A DNA stretch of 62,796 nucleotides, the filler included, from Globobulimina sp. (lineage: Eukaryota): assembly GCA_003354225.1 (NCBI GenBank). It is 38 parts of 38 records of this genome, joined end to end, with 100 filler letters (N's around TTAATTAATTAA, not from the genome) between each part and the next. Parts side by side here need not be neighbours in the genome. Positions count along the whole stretch, not along the records: positions 61,243 to 62,796 come from PIVH01014900.1; 37 more parts are not named here. One strand, written 5' to 3'. Both the position numbers and the translations under genes were made by a program. Numbering within the stretch: position 1 is the stretch's first letter; each line of letters starts with the position of its first letter. The notes under the pieces were generated by a model, which saw only the letters and a list, made by a program, of their open reading frames with translations, was not told the DNA's origin and did no database searches. Shown here piece by piece: positions 61,633-62,796 of the stretch.

Positions 61633-62796
61633 TATGATGTTCTTTGTTCGCCAGCCGATCCAGGAATATAACTTAGTTTCACGTTTCGTTCTTGATCGAT
61701 TTGAATTTGGCTTTGAAACACACAGATGAAGAAAAATCGATATGACGGTCGTTGTCCTGGTGTCAGTTCCAAATGAATAGACGTCTTTCCTTGGGATACT
61801 TCTTGACGATAAGCTCCAGATACAACATCGTTTGACAAAGGAAACACATGCACTGTGTAAGAACTGGCGAAATCTTCCATAGTTATATGTGGACCCAAGT
61901 TACTCTCCTCTGTCACACCCAAAGCTTTCATCAATTCCATATATTCGTGAGCGACATGATACTCGCTTCCACCTGCTGGGTCAAACTTTGGAGTATAGGG
62001 TACAGAGGGTATTCTTGTGCCTTCAAATTCGCCTGCAAAGTTTACATAATGTGAAACTAGGCTAACATTTAAATTATATTTAATTACATTGTGCGGACGT
62101 TATTCCTACAGATTCAAAGAAGAAAGGATTGTTGCTAGCCGAGCCTAGTGCGCCGGTAGTTTTCACTGCGAACATGAACACTTGCAAAGGCATTTGTCCA
62201 TTGCATATAGTTGTGTCGAGTCGGGTTTGTCCATCAGAGACTTCTATCGGTCCAAGAACTATAACCAAAAGTTTTATCATCGGTTAAGAGAGATAACAAT
62301 GTATGATTACTTTCGACTCTGTTAAAATTATATTTAGCTGGTATTCCCATGGCGAGTTGAGAATTATATGCATTCATCAATCCTTCTTGCATTTCTTTGC
62401 GCACCACTTTAATCTTACAGTCCAACAGTGTCAACTTAGGTAGTACCTCTTTTTGCGCAGCATTGTAACAAAGTCTAAAATGCATAGATGATTTGCCAAT
62501 ATTATTCTTTCTACGCTTAAATTTACCTGAATGTGTCTTTGGCGTGACGGAGAGTAATGCGCATTCCAACTTTATTGATCAGCATTTTTAAACTACGGCT
62601 CAATGGAAACGGAAATCGCCCATAAGTTTCCATTTCTCGTCCAGATAGTATCCATTTTCGACGAGACAGAAATCCTGTGTTTACAGCTTTAGTTTTATCT
62701 GTTTCGAGTGTATTAAATTGACCACTAGTATCTTTAGCGAAACATAAAGCTTCCGCGAGCCAAGAATTTTTAGAACTTGTCCCATAATTAAACAAA
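61632..62796 (-). CDS. Maverick/Polinton-type double jelly-roll major capsid protein, 5' partial; introns 62475-62526, 62259-62310, 62033-62087
   Basis: NYGTSSKNSWL..KDTSG, NTGFLSR, LINKVGMRITL, AKYNFNRVE, GQMP, NNPFFF, PYTPKF, YTVHVFPL, IQIDQERNVKLSY; three GT-AG introns restore one frame. Confidence 0.88.

Larger units (their letters stand above)
61243..62796 (-). mobile_element. Fragment of a Maverick/Polinton-like virus (morphogenesis module MCP-PRO)
   Basis: Adjacent MCP and maturation protease on one contig. Confidence 0.85.

Noticed and set aside
62033-62526. Capsid gene as a frameshifted pseudogene or programmed frameshift
   Set aside because: Each break coincides with a 52-55-nt AT-rich GT..AG segment whose removal restores the frame and conserved motifs
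1-62796. Gene neighbourhoods across contigs, such as HNH, ART, TraX or Snf7 belonging to the viral element
   Set aside because: Contigs are ordered by length only; no linkage across spacers

Overview
This window is not a contiguous locus. It is 38 unrelated contigs of 1554-1557 bp, sorted by length and joined by 37 artificial 100-bp spacers (N44-TTAATTAATTAA-N44), so adjacency across spacers means nothing. Most contigs are AT-rich eukaryotic genomic DNA in the standard code with short (about 50-180 nt) GT-AG introns. The gene families (many 7TM proteins, ART-like, SPRY, UBA/RanBP2-ZnF, ankyrin) suggest a protist, plausibly a foraminiferan/rhizarian; this is inference. Fold-back chimeras point to whole-genome amplification. 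Recognisable genes: aspartate aminotransferase, UBC13, CPSF100, two kinesins, PI3K-family kinase, NBR1-like receptor, purple acid phosphatase, S28 peptidase, VAT-1-like oxidoreductase, alkaline ceramidase-like protein, MFS transporter, K+ channel, sulfotransferase and a non-LTR retrotransposon RT-thumb/RNase H fragment. Highlights: (1) a Maverick/Polinton-type major capsid gene split by three frame-restoring spliceosomal introns and coupled by TAATG to an adenain-like protease with intact catalytic residues (61243-62796); (2) a TA-flanked MITE inside a VAT-1 exon that could be spliced out in frame (31482-31692); (3) two histone-type 3' stem-loops behind an H1-like tail (19380-19623); (4) an ITIH-motif/Snf7/gamma-adaptin-ear fusion ORF (59589-60803); (5) two contigs that close into circles, one of them fully covered by an ADP-ribosyltransferase-like ORF.
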